From Acidobacteriota bacterium (GTDB lineage: Bacteria; Acidobacteriota; UBA6911; RPQK01; JAJDTT01), in NCBI GenBank assembly GCA_965217775.1, contig CBDCJH010000002.1:1120001-1184000 (forward strand): DNA of 64,000 nt. The letters are read 5' to 3'. Below the pieces are notes generated by a model. It was not told where the DNA came from, did not search any database, and saw only the letters and a program-made list of their open reading frames with translations. A program made the translations under genes and the position numbers. Below, one piece after another: positions 8,976 to 18,787 of the stretch. The stretch's first letter is position 1. Every line of letters begins with the position of its first letter.

Positions 8976-10324
8976 GTGGCGCCGAAAAGCTCCCGGATCG
9001 GATCCACCCCGATTTCCACCACGGGAACGGGCCGGCTGCCCGGTCCGTCCAGCTCGGTGTGAACGCTGATCCCCAGGGCGTGATACAGGCTGGCCAGAAT
9101 TTCCATGGGTTGCACGGGCCGGTCCCTCGGTTCGCTGGCCGTGCGGTCGGAGGAACCGATGACCTGTCCCCCTGCGACGCCTCCGCCGGCCAGGATGAGC
9201 GTGCCGCAGGCCGGCCAGTGATCCCGCCCTCCAGCCGGATTGATCTTGGGGGACCGGCCGAACTCTCCCATGGCCACCACCAGGGTCTGCTCCAACAGAC
9301 CCCGCTGCTGGAGGTCTTCCAGCAGGGAAGAGAAGGCCTGGTCGAACATGGGCCCGAGGGTGTCGAGCGCGCTCAGGGAGGTGAAGGGCGCTTGGCCATG
9401 AATGTCCCAGGATCCGGCCAGATCGTCGAACATGTTGACCGTCACGAAGCGGACGCCGCGCTCCACGAGCCGGCGGGCCAGGAGGCAGCTCTGGCCGAAC
9501 CGGTTCATGCCATAGCTCTGCCGAAGCGGGTCCGGTTCCCCGGTCAGGTCGAAGGACTGGCGGGCCTGGCGGGAGGAGACGATCCGGTAGGCCTGGGAAA
9601 AATTGGCGTCCAGGAGCCGGCTCTCGGCACAATTCTCTTCGAAATCGAGGAAGCTCCGGTCGATGAGCCGGCGGAACGAAATCCGTCTCCGGGCTCGAAC
9701 CGCCGAGATGTAGTCGGGCGGCCGGAGGTCCCGGACCCTAAAGGAAGGGTCGGAAGGGTCCGAGTCGATGACGAAGGGCTCGTGGGTCTTGCCCAGGAAG
9801 CCGGGCCCCTGGCCCTTGTCCGGCCGGTAGGGGAGCAGGATGTGTGCCGGCAGGTCGCCCCGGGCTCCTTTCAGCTTGTCGACGACACAACCCGGATGGG
9901 GATACTGGATTCCGGGGAGCGGCGGCCGTCCGGTCTGCATCCAGGTCTTGGCCTGGGGATGGGCCGGATTGGTGTGGTAGCAGGAGCGGATCAACGCGAA
10001 CTTGTCGGCGTGCCGGGCCATTTGGGGAAACAGCTCGGTGATCCGGATCCCGGCCACGTTGGTGGCAATGGGCTTGTAGGGTCCCCGAATCTCGGCCGGA
10101 GCATCCGGCTTCGGGTCCCAGGTGTCCATTTGGGGAGCGCCCCCTTCCAGGAAGAGAAGAATGCAGTTCACGTCCTTGTCGGGAGTGGTCCGGCCGGCGG
10201 CCCGGAGTTCCATGAAGCCCGGTAGAGTGAGTCCCAGGAAGGCCAAAGATCCCGCGTGCAGAAAATCCCTGCGATGAACTTCCTGACAGAGATGAGGAGT
10301 TGAGGGGCCGTCAAGTCGAAGCAT
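8972..10324 (-). CDS. DUF1501 domain protein
   Basis: RRDFL, LFLEGGAPQMDTWDPKP, FGQSCLLARRLVE.GVRFV, GEFGRSPKIN..GRDHW. Confidence 0.92.
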   Translation of the reverse strand: MLRLDGPSTPHLCQEVHRRDFLHAGSLAFLGLTLPGFMELRAAGRTTPDKDVNCILLFLEGGAPQMDTWDPKPDAPAEIRGPYKPIATNVAGIRITELFPQMARHADKFALIRSCYHTNPAHPQAKTWMQTGRPPLPGIQYPHPGCVVDKLKGARGDLPAHILLPYRPDKGQGPGFLGKTHEPFVIDSDPSDPSFRVRDLRPPDYISAVRARRRISFRRLIDRSFLDFEENCAESRLLDANFSQAYRIVSSRQARQSFDLTGEPDPLRQSYGMNRFGQSCLLARRLVERGVRFVTVNMFDDLAGSWDIHGQAPFTSLSALDTLGPMFDQAFSSLLEDLQQRGLLEQTLVVAMGEFGRSPKINPAGGRDHWPACGTLILAGGGVAGGQVIGSSDRTASEPRDRPVQPMEILASLYHALGISVHTELDGPGSRPVPVVEIGVDPIRELFGAT

Positions 10325-10387
10325 TGGTCCAACTCCCAAGTCTAGACTCTAATCCTGCTTGGGGGAAGTCGCCGGAACGTCAGCATC

Positions 10388-10485
10388 GGAGCGGCGGTTT
10401 CCAACCGCCGAACTCCGGACGAAGCATGGGGGACGGGCGCATGGGGGAATAAGGAGAAATAGGCGACTGGAAATCGCGCCACCAC
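10388..10485. repeat. Pair of REP-like palindromes
   Basis: GGAGCGGCGGTTTCCAACCGCC (10388) and GGCGACTGGAAATCGCGCCACCAC (10462) resemble the 2243 REP units. Confidence 0.6.
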
Positions 10486-10571
10486 GCCGCCACGACATGT
10501 CCTTCGGAAACCGCCATGGGACAGAGCAGTCCCAGCGTCCCCATGCTATGATCCCCGCCGGGAGAGACGGC

Positions 10572-12074
10572 ATGAAATTGATTTCCAGCTTCTGCTTGGC
10601 GGTTTTCCTTGGAGGCGTTCTGTTACCGGGGGTCGCCTGTGCTCCGGGTTCCGAAGCGGATCCTCCCATCCGGCTGGACGATCGGGTCCAACTGTTCGTC
10701 GATGACCAGCTCATCGAGCGGATGGACCAGGTCTGGCGGAGTCTGGGCCGGGGAGGAAAAGTGGCCGGGAACCCCCTGATCCGGTCCGACCGGCCCTGGG
10801 AGGGTTATCTGATACTTCAACCGGGAAGCGTTATCTACTCTCCGGAAAAGAAGATTTTCGAGATGTGGTACAACACGCTGCCCCGGACCGGTGAAGCCGA
10901 CATCGAGCAGTTCGTCTGTTACGCCACCTCCAAGGACGGGATCCGGTGGGAGAAGCCGGAGTTGAATCACCTGGAGTTCCGCGGCTCCAAGGCCAACAAC
11001 ATCGTCCTGCGCTGGAACAACTGGAACCATTCGGTGATCCTGGACCCGCAGGATCCGGACCCCGCCCGCCGCTACAAGATGGGCTATTGGCAGACCAAGG
11101 AACGGGAACGTTGCGGCATCTGGGCCGCCTTCTCGCCCGACGGCATCCGCTGGACCGATTACGAAAAGAATCCGGTGGTGCCCTGCTGGGCGACGGGAGA
11201 CACCTTCGCGGTCATGCGGGACCCCGTCTCCCGGCAATACTGGCTCTATCACAAGACCAATCCCGGAGGTCCCAGAAAGGTGTCGCGGCTGGTCAGCGAC
11301 GACTTCATTCATTGGACCGACGATCGCCTGGTCCTGGAGCCGGACATCCACGACCGTCCCGGAACCGAGTTCTACGGGCTATCAGCCTTCCCCTACGGCA
11401 GCCAGACTTTGGGGCTGCTCTGGGTCTTTCATACCAACATCCAGACCATGGATGTCCAACTGGTCTCCAGCCGCGATGGCGTCGAGTGGGACCGGAGCGT
11501 GTACCGGCGGCCCCTGGTCTACCTGGGCTACCAGAGGAACGAGTATTCGGGAAAGAGCTTCGACAGCGGGATGATCTGGCCCATTACGGCTCCCGTGGTC
11601 AAGGATGGAATGGTCTGGATCTACTACTCCGGGTTCGACAATCTCCACAACGCCCCGTCGGAGGATCACACGGGAGAAATTGGATTGGCCCGCTTGCGCC
11701 AGGACGGCTTCGTCGCCCTCGACGCTACTGCCGAAGGCTCCGTCGTGACCCGGCCCGTGCAGTTCCCGGGGAGCACGCTCCAGGTCAACGCCCGTCTCCT
11801 GAAGAGGGAGGGGGACGCGTCGACGGCGCCGGGAGAAGTGACCTTCAACGACAGTCCCAACCAGGAAGGTTATCTGAAGGTGGAGGTCCAGGACGTCGCG
11901 GGCAAAGCCATTCCCGGTTACGAAGCCGACAGTTCCAGTCTGGCCCCCGCGGAGGGGGTCTACTCCAAGGTCTCCTGGGAGGGAAAGGAGAGCCTGGAGG
12001 AGCTTCAGGATCGGCCGGTTCGATTGAAGTTCATTCTGAGCCGAACCCGCCTATATTCCTTCCAAATCAACTGA
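10572..12074 (+). CDS. Secreted beta-propeller protein, glycoside-hydrolase-like (GH32/43/130-type fold) with C-terminal beta-sandwich
   Basis: QLFVDD, DRPWE, CYATSKDGIRWEKP.L, S.DGI.W repeats, LRQDGFVAL, VRLKF..LYSF; signal peptide. Confidence 0.7.
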   Translation: MKLISSFCLAVFLGGVLLPGVACAPGSEADPPIRLDDRVQLFVDDQLIERMDQVWRSLGRGGKVAGNPLIRSDRPWEGYLILQPGSVIYSPEKKIFEMWYNTLPRTGEADIEQFVCYATSKDGIRWEKPELNHLEFRGSKANNIVLRWNNWNHSVILDPQDPDPARRYKMGYWQTKERERCGIWAAFSPDGIRWTDYEKNPVVPCWATGDTFAVMRDPVSRQYWLYHKTNPGGPRKVSRLVSDDFIHWTDDRLVLEPDIHDRPGTEFYGLSAFPYGSQTLGLLWVFHTNIQTMDVQLVSSRDGVEWDRSVYRRPLVYLGYQRNEYSGKSFDSGMIWPITAPVVKDGMVWIYYSGFDNLHNAPSEDHTGEIGLARLRQDGFVALDATAEGSVVTRPVQFPGSTLQVNARLLKREGDASTAPGEVTFNDSPNQEGYLKVEVQDVAGKAIPGYEADSSSLAPAEGVYSKVSWEGKESLEELQDRPVRLKFILSRTRLYSFQIN

Positions 12075-12086
12075 ATTGAAGGGACG

Positions 12087-14519
12087 TTGCTAGCGGCGAA
12101 CGTAATCCCCTCCCGGGTGCTCCGGAGCTTGGGGACCCTGACTCTGGTTCTGGGCTTCACTCTGACCAAGGACGGTGCGAAAGCGTCCGGCCGCACTTGC
12201 ACGGCGGACGTTCGCATCACGTCTCCCCTTCCATTCGGCCAGATTCCCATCGACCCCTGGATCGACTTCTCCTCCCTGGCCGGAGAGGCCGGAGTCGACG
12301 GTGTGCTGGATCCCAACTCGATCCAGGTCGTGGACGCGATGTCGGGGGCCCCTGTGCCTCATGCCCTGAGCCGCGACTTCCACCACGGACAGCAGGGACG
12401 CGTCCAGTGGGTGGTGGAGGACCCGGAGCACAGAGACTACCGGATCCGGTTTCGGGTGAGTCCCGGCCGTCCGCCGCTGAAACCGCGTCCTTACGTCCCC
12501 ATGATCGGCACCGGCGACCTGCTTCGCTACAACGCGGGGGAACCGAAACCCATATCGCTTCCCATCCTGGGCGCCCTGGTGGACCTGACGGGAGACGGCA
12601 AGCGGGATCTGGTCGGAACGGGCATTTACACCTATTCGCCCGACCGTCCGCCTGGAGGAATCGTCTGCTACCCCCGGGTCGGTGATACCGGCGACTTCCG
12701 GTTCGGGGACCCCGTGGCGATCCGGTACCTGGAGGAGTCCGGTTCTTCGGAACCGCGGCATCTGCGGGCCGGTTACCTCCACTTGGACGCCGGAGACCTG
12801 AACGGCGACGGCCTGGTCGACCTGGTCTATGCCTCGCCCGCCGACGGCTCTCATCAGAATCCCCGCAGCGCAGGAGGTTGGATCGTCTTCCTCCTCAACA
12901 CCGGACGACGTGACGACGGAGGACTTCCCATCTTCCGGGACTTCGGCCGCATCTCCCGTCCCCGGGACTGGTGGGGGCCGGTACGCATCGTGGACCTGGA
13001 CCGGGACGGTGTTCTCGACCTGGTGGTGGGGTCCATGTTTCAAGGCAACCGAATTCCTCCCGACGGCCGCGGTTACTTCATTCGGAATACCAATCCCGGA
13101 GGCTGGCCGTTTCAGCCCGCAACTCCCGTTCGAATCGATCCGGGCGTGAGAGCCAGTTTCCAGGACCTGGACGGCGACGGTCTGCCGGACAGTGTCTGCT
13201 TGGTTCATGATCCCGAATCCGAAAGGAAAAAGTACTTCAAGCGGGTGGCCTGGCGCCGGAACCTGGGCGGGACGGTTCCCCGCTTCGGTCCTCCCCGCCT
13301 ACTGGAGCAGATAGACGTCCGGGCCGCCTTTTTCACCGCGTCCGTGCCCTCGGGTCCGCGCCGGGGAGTGCTGGTAGCCTACGATCACTTCCGAAAGTTG
13401 GCTTTCTTCGAGCAGGTTCGAAGTGGTCCCGGAAAGGAACCGGCTTTCCGCCGCCAGGAGGCGCTGTCGCTTTCCGCTCACGCGATCCTGGGAGAACAGT
13501 CCACGCCCTATCCCTGCGACTGGGACGGAGACGGGGACTGGGACCTGCTGGCCGGCGACGGATTCGGCTTCGTGCGAGTCCTTATCAACCAGGGTTCCGG
13601 CACCCGGCCCGTCTTCGTCCGGGAGCAGCCGGTCCGGTCCCAGGGAGAGCCGATCCGCCTCTTCATGAGCCAAGTCTTTCCCGGCTTGGAGGAATACGGC
13701 CACAACATGGGGTACACGCACCCAGTCTACATCGACTGGGACGGAGACCAACTGCCGGACCTGATGCTGCCCAACCTCACCAACCGGATCTACTGGTACC
13801 GGAACGTCGGCACCCGGAGCCGGCCCCGGTTCGGGCCGCGGCTCCAGGTTTTGTGCGAGGGGTATCCCGACGGAAAGGAACTCCTGGCCGCGACCGCCAA
13901 GCTCCTGGGCGCCGGCACCCGGCAGTGGAAGAAGCGGGTTCCCAACCGTCACCAGCCGTTCCGCTGGCGGGCCCGGGCCGCCTTCGACGATCTGGACGGG
14001 GACGGTCTCACCGATCTGGTCACGGCCGCCGCCGTCACCCGGGAGGCCCACCTGTTCCAGCGGTTCCAGGACCGGGAGGGTTCCCTTCGGCTCCGGGACG
14101 ACGGACCCTTTCGCCTCCCCGATGAGGACACCATCCAGGGAGTCGATTTCCAGCCGACCCAGTTCTTCCTGGTGGACTGGAACGGGGACGGCCTGCTGGA
14201 CCTCTTCTTCAATGAATGCTGGCGCAAGTCGGGCGAATGGGACCACAATCCGACCCGGCCTCTCATCTATCCCAACGTCGGCACCCGGACCGAACCGCGC
14301 TTCGGCCGGCCCCTGGTTCTGGCCCTCTTCGGCAAACCGTTGGAAGGGCTCGCCTCACACGGTCCCTACTACGGCTTTCGGGACCTGGACGGAGACGGCA
14401 AGCCCGACATTCTGGCCTCTCCCGAAATGGGGACGTATTTTTTCTACCGGCACACGGCGCTGGAACTGGACTCCCGCCCCACCGTCCGATTGGGCCGGGC
14501 TATCGAGTTGGAACGTTGA
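12087..14519 (+). CDS. FG-GAP/VCBS repeat protein
   Basis: Many DxDGDGxxDL repeats (DLNGDGLVDL, DWDGDGDWDL, DLDGDGKPDI). Confidence 0.85.
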   Translation: MLAANVIPSRVLRSLGTLTLVLGFTLTKDGAKASGRTCTADVRITSPLPFGQIPIDPWIDFSSLAGEAGVDGVLDPNSIQVVDAMSGAPVPHALSRDFHHGQQGRVQWVVEDPEHRDYRIRFRVSPGRPPLKPRPYVPMIGTGDLLRYNAGEPKPISLPILGALVDLTGDGKRDLVGTGIYTYSPDRPPGGIVCYPRVGDTGDFRFGDPVAIRYLEESGSSEPRHLRAGYLHLDAGDLNGDGLVDLVYASPADGSHQNPRSAGGWIVFLLNTGRRDDGGLPIFRDFGRISRPRDWWGPVRIVDLDRDGVLDLVVGSMFQGNRIPPDGRGYFIRNTNPGGWPFQPATPVRIDPGVRASFQDLDGDGLPDSVCLVHDPESERKKYFKRVAWRRNLGGTVPRFGPPRLLEQIDVRAAFFTASVPSGPRRGVLVAYDHFRKLAFFEQVRSGPGKEPAFRRQEALSLSAHAILGEQSTPYPCDWDGDGDWDLLAGDGFGFVRVLINQGSGTRPVFVREQPVRSQGEPIRLFMSQVFPGLEEYGHNMGYTHPVYIDWDGDQLPDLMLPNLTNRIYWYRNVGTRSRPRFGPRLQVLCEGYPDGKELLAATAKLLGAGTRQWKKRVPNRHQPFRWRARAAFDDLDGDGLTDLVTAAAVTREAHLFQRFQDREGSLRLRDDGPFRLPDEDTIQGVDFQPTQFFLVDWNGDGLLDLFFNECWRKSGEWDHNPTRPLIYPNVGTRTEPRFGRPLVLALFGKPLEGLASHGPYYGFRDLDGDGKPDILASPEMGTYFFYRHTALELDSRPTVRLGRAIELER

Positions 14520-14525
14520 AAACGG

Positions 14526-16208
14526 ATGCGCGTTTCTGAAAAACACCCACATCACTCCCGGAAGCCGATCGTCGCCGGACGCAGGGCTCTCCGGACGCTC
14601 CTGTGGATCCTTCTCGGAGTCTCACTGGGCGAGGCCTCGTCTCCGCCCCGTCCCAACATCATCCTGATCATGGCGGACGATCTGGGCTACTCCGACCTGG
14701 GTTGCTACGGAAGCGAGATCCGAACCCCGAATCTGGACCATCTGGCTCGCAACGGGCTTCGCTTTTCCCAGTTCTACAACAACGCCATCTGTCCCGCCAG
14801 CCGGGCGTCGCTGCTCAGCGGACTCTACTCCCAGCAAGTGGGAAGCAGCCGATTCCTGGGATGCGTCACCTTGGCGGAAGCGCTCCGGGCCGCCGGGTAC
14901 CGGACCCTCATGTCGGGCAAGTGGCACCTGGACGGCCATCCCTTGAAACGGGGTTTCGAGCGTTACTACGGACTCCTGACGGGGACCTGCAACCACTTCA
15001 ATCCGGGTCGGCGCAGACCGGGAGAGCCGGAACCGGGCAAGAAATTCCCCGGCGACGATCAACCCTTTTCTGTCGACGGGAAGGTGATCCGCCCCTACAC
15101 GCCGGAAGATCGCCGCTTCTACAGCACCGACGCCTTCACCGATCGCGCCATCCGCTACCTGGAGCAGTACGGCCGGGAGGACCGCCCCTTCTTCCTCTAT
15201 CTCGCCTATACCGTGCCCCACTACCCACTCCATGCCTGGCCTGAAGACATCGCCCGCTACCGGGGCCGATTCATGGCCGGTTGGGATGCTCTCCGCCGGG
15301 AACGCCACCGGCGTCTGGTCCGGGAGGGGCTGATCCCGGAGCAATCCGAGCTTTCCGCGCGCAGTTCCCACTCCCCCGCCTGGGACGAAGTGGCGGACAA
15401 ACAGGCCTGGGATCTCAAGATGGCGGTCTATGCCGCCATGGTGGACCGCATGGACCAGAACATCGGCCGCCTTCTGGAGACCGTGCGTGCACTGGGCAAG
15501 GAGAGCAACACCCTGGTTCTGTTCCTCTCCGACAACGGTGCCAGCGACGAGGACCGCACCCGGACCCCCGACCTGCCGCCCGGTCCGGTGGAATCCTACC
15601 GATCGGTGGATCTTCCCTGGGCCAATCTCAGCAACACGCCATTTCGCCAATTCAAGCGATGGAATCACGAAGGGGGCATCGCCACGCCCCTGGTGGCCTA
15701 CTGGCCCCGGGGCATCGCGCAGCCGGGAAGGGTCAGTTCGGAAGTCGGCCACCTCATCGACATCATGGCCACCTGTCTGGAGGTTGCGGGAGCCGACTAT
15801 CCGTCGGAGGTCAACGGGATGAAGATCCCGCCGCTCGAGGGCCGGAGCCTGCTTCCCATCTTCCGGGGAAAAACCCGCGCGGGCCATGAGACGCTCTTTT
15901 GGAATCAGCGGGGCCTCTGGCGGGCGGTCCGGCAGGGAAGGTGGAAACTGGTCTCTCCCGATCATTGGATTCGCTACGAGCCCTGGCGGCAGGCGGGGTC
16001 GGACAAGACGGTCCCACCAACCCCGGGGGATCGGGAAGAACTGTGGCAACTCTACGACATGGATTCCGACCGCACCGAGGAGCGAGACCTCTCGTCCCGC
16101 TATCCGGACCGCGTGAAGGCAATGGGCCGTCTCTATAAAGCGTGGAATCAGAGGGTTTCGGAGGACTGGGAATCGGCCCTGGAAGGAGAAGTGAGAGTTG
16201 AGGAGTAA
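14526..16208 (+). CDS. Arylsulfatase (formylglycine-dependent family)
   Basis: PNIILIMADDLG, CPASRASLLSG (CxAxR), GKWHL, LSDNG. Confidence 0.93.
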   Translation: MRVSEKHPHHSRKPIVAGRRALRTLLWILLGVSLGEASSPPRPNIILIMADDLGYSDLGCYGSEIRTPNLDHLARNGLRFSQFYNNAICPASRASLLSGLYSQQVGSSRFLGCVTLAEALRAAGYRTLMSGKWHLDGHPLKRGFERYYGLLTGTCNHFNPGRRRPGEPEPGKKFPGDDQPFSVDGKVIRPYTPEDRRFYSTDAFTDRAIRYLEQYGREDRPFFLYLAYTVPHYPLHAWPEDIARYRGRFMAGWDALRRERHRRLVREGLIPEQSELSARSSHSPAWDEVADKQAWDLKMAVYAAMVDRMDQNIGRLLETVRALGKESNTLVLFLSDNGASDEDRTRTPDLPPGPVESYRSVDLPWANLSNTPFRQFKRWNHEGGIATPLVAYWPRGIAQPGRVSSEVGHLIDIMATCLEVAGADYPSEVNGMKIPPLEGRSLLPIFRGKTRAGHETLFWNQRGLWRAVRQGRWKLVSPDHWIRYEPWRQAGSDKTVPPTPGDREELWQLYDMDSDRTEERDLSSRYPDRVKAMGRLYKAWNQRVSEDWESALEGEVRVEE

Positions 16209-16250
16209 GAACTTCCGGTCTCGTTTTTTGGAATTTGTCCCACCCGACCC

Positions 16251-16282
16251 GTAGCGGTGACCCTTGTGGGTGCCCTCTTCCG
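16251..16282. repeat. REP-like palindrome, second family
   Basis: GTAGCGGTGACCCTTGTGGGTGCCCTCTTCCG; inverted relatives at 48831-48880. Confidence 0.6.
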
Positions 16283-16428
16283 TCCAATACAGGGCTAGAT
16301 GCGACCAATATGAAGATTCGGGGACTGGAGAGCCCCCGCTCCGGGGGAGAACTTTTGGTTCCGGCTACACCGGGTTGGGAACTTGGAAGTTTTGATTTCT
16401 CCCAGATGGGAGGCGTACGTATCACGCT

Positions 16429-18261
16429 TTGGTAAGTCTTTACGGAATATCTACTGAGAACGTTTCGAGATTCCTGACCGGAACGATCCGCCATCTTGTG
16501 TCCGTCCTCACGCTGGGGACCTGCCTGTTCGCCGGGATCCAGCTCGAACCCGAAGCGCCTCGATGGGGTCAGGACTTTTTCGTACGGATCACTCCGGAAT
16601 TCCCCCGGGGGCGGCTTTATCCAGACGATCGCGTGTTCGTCAACTTGTCGACTTGGCATCAAGATGTCCTCTCCACCGTCAACGAGAAGGCCGTTTGGGA
16701 CGGAGAGGCTTTCGTGGCTCGGGTGACGTTACCCGGTAACTGCGAATGGGCCTCAATCAGGATCCGGACACCGGAAAGGTTTTTTCGTGGCATGGGTTTT
16801 GCGCCTCGAACGGATGCCGGAGAAATGCCGCCCGGAACCCGGGTCATGGCGTCATGCAGACCGCGTACGGGCCTCTCGGCGTGTAACGAGGCCATCGACC
16901 GCGCCCTCACTGAGAACCCGGATCTGTGGTGGATCTACCCGAAGGTCTGGGGGCTGAGAGAAAGGGTCTTGAAGAATCTCGACAGCAATGAAGTCATTTC
17001 GCAGCTCCGCAGGATGGAGTCACACCAGAAGAGGCCATCACTGCTTCGGACCCTGTCTATGGGTTATTGGCTCGCAAAGCGGTCCGACCGCGCGTTTGAG
17101 AGTTTGACCGAACTCTGCACTCGGTTTCCTGGGTCGAGATACTCCGTCCAAGCGCTGAACGAAGCCATTTACTGGATTTCGACTCAGGGTTTGGACCCCT
17201 TGAGCGCTCGGTTGGAGAAACTGCAGGCGAAGGTCGTGAATGAGGCGCCGACCAACCCACGTCTGTGGAAGGACAGGAGATCCGTCCTCTGGCTCCGGAG
17301 CAATTCAATCGTGAGCCTGGACGCCATGCGCAGCCTGTTCGAAGCCTGGGTCAAAGAGGACCCGGTCGATCCCCGTCCCTATTTGCTGCTGGCGAACGCT
17401 CTGTCCAGGGAGGGGACCTCGGACGAAGAAGCCGGTCGACTCATCGACCGGTCCCTTGATCTCTATTACACGCCGCGAGCCTTTGTTGCCGACAAGCACC
17501 TGCGGGATCTCGCCTACAGGGTTCGCGCCCGGCTTCGGCTCCGGAACGGGGATGCCGAAGGGGCACTGGCCGACATCAAGATGGCTCAAGCAGACGAACG
17601 AGGCCGATCGGCGGAGGATCTCGAAATCGAGGCGGCAATCTGGAAAAGCATTGGCCATCTCCGCCGGTCCGAAGAGATCCTTGTGGACGCCTATCGAATG
17701 GGATCCGCGACGGCCGAGGAGCTGTTGAAGGACGCCTACGTGTCCCGCACCGGCGACAACTACGGTTTCAAGGATTACGTCATGACCCGGTTGACCGGCA
17801 ACATTCCGGAACCGGAACCCGCTCCGGAGATCGAAGGGACGACGCTGGACGGCATCGCTCTGACTTCCAGATCACTGAGGGGGAAGCCGGTGGTCGTAAA
17901 TTTCTGGTTTACCAGTTGCGGCCCTTGTATCAAGGAAATCCCCGATCTGAACGACTTGGCGGACGAGTTCGCAGGGAAGGCCCGATTTCTGGCATTCGCC
18001 ACCGATGACGCGGAACCGATCAGGCAGTTCCTGAAGGACCGTGAGTTCCGATACGAGATCGTTCCATCCTCCAGCCGGCTGGCACGGGCGTTCGGAGTAG
18101 AGGCCTACCCGAGCCACTACATCATCGACGGCGAAGGCAACATCGTCTGGAGCGCACTTGGTGCCGCCCCGAAAACCGTCCAGATCCTGGGAGACATACT
18201 GCAGAGGCTGTTGAGCGGAAAGCCGATTCCGGTGAAGGGTCCAAGACAACGGCGAGGGTAG
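16429..18261 (+). CDS. TPR-like helical protein with C-terminal TlpA thiol-disulfide oxidoreductase domain (start uncertain)
   Basis: VVNFWFTSCGPCIKEIP and AYPSHYIID thioredoxin-like motifs; helical repeat-like middle region. Confidence 0.8.
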   Translation: MVSLYGISTENVSRFLTGTIRHLVSVLTLGTCLFAGIQLEPEAPRWGQDFFVRITPEFPRGRLYPDDRVFVNLSTWHQDVLSTVNEKAVWDGEAFVARVTLPGNCEWASIRIRTPERFFRGMGFAPRTDAGEMPPGTRVMASCRPRTGLSACNEAIDRALTENPDLWWIYPKVWGLRERVLKNLDSNEVISQLRRMESHQKRPSLLRTLSMGYWLAKRSDRAFESLTELCTRFPGSRYSVQALNEAIYWISTQGLDPLSARLEKLQAKVVNEAPTNPRLWKDRRSVLWLRSNSIVSLDAMRSLFEAWVKEDPVDPRPYLLLANALSREGTSDEEAGRLIDRSLDLYYTPRAFVADKHLRDLAYRVRARLRLRNGDAEGALADIKMAQADERGRSAEDLEIEAAIWKSIGHLRRSEEILVDAYRMGSATAEELLKDAYVSRTGDNYGFKDYVMTRLTGNIPEPEPAPEIEGTTLDGIALTSRSLRGKPVVVNFWFTSCGPCIKEIPDLNDLADEFAGKARFLAFATDDAEPIRQFLKDREFRYEIVPSSSRLARAFGVEAYPSHYIIDGEGNIVWSALGAAPKTVQILGDILQRLLSGKPIPVKGPRQRRG

Positions 18262-18380
18262 TCCTTCGGCACTACCGCAGTATCGAAGTAGAGGGTTTCG
18301 GCGAACCCATTTCCGGGCGGCGTTCCAACCTTGGATTCCACAGTGACTTCTCGACTTGATTTTCAAAACCAGATTTTCGG

Positions 18381-18409
18381 TTGAAATAAGGTATATACCG
18401 TACTATCCT
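18381..18409 (+). promoter_or_regulatory. Sigma70-type promoter for the BlaI-family gene
   Basis: TTGAAA-N17-TATCCT with ATG at 18416; GGTATATACC palindrome in the spacer. Confidence 0.5.
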
Positions 18410-18415
18410 ATACGT

Positions 18416-18787
18416 ATGTCTAAATCCTTAAGTCGTCAGGAACTGGAGATCATGAAGCTGATCTGGCGTCTGGACAAGGAAGAGGTCACTGTGCGCGACG
18501 TCTACGAAGAACTGCGCCTGTGGCGCCGGATTGCGTACACGTCGGTCATGGGCACCATGCAGAACCTGGACCGAAAAGGATTCCTGCGGAAGTGGAAGCA
18601 GGGTAGAGCCCACATCTACCAGCTCACCCGTCCGCGGGAAGAAGTGATCCGGGAGGTGGTGTCGGATCTGGTGGAGCGGGTGTTCGGAGGGTCCAGCGAG
18701 GCTCTGATGCTGCATCTGGTCCGGCGCCACGATATCTCCCGAGACAAGCTCCGGGAACTGGAAGAAATGATCGAGGAAGGGGAATGA
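18416..18787 (+). CDS. BlaI/MecI/CopY family repressor
   Basis: LSRQELEIMKLIW, TVRDV, AYTSV, FGGS..ALMLHL. Confidence 0.92.
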   Translation: MSKSLSRQELEIMKLIWRLDKEEVTVRDVYEELRLWRRIAYTSVMGTMQNLDRKGFLRKWKQGRAHIYQLTRPREEVIREVVSDLVERVFGGSSEALMLHLVRRHDISRDKLRELEEMIEEGE

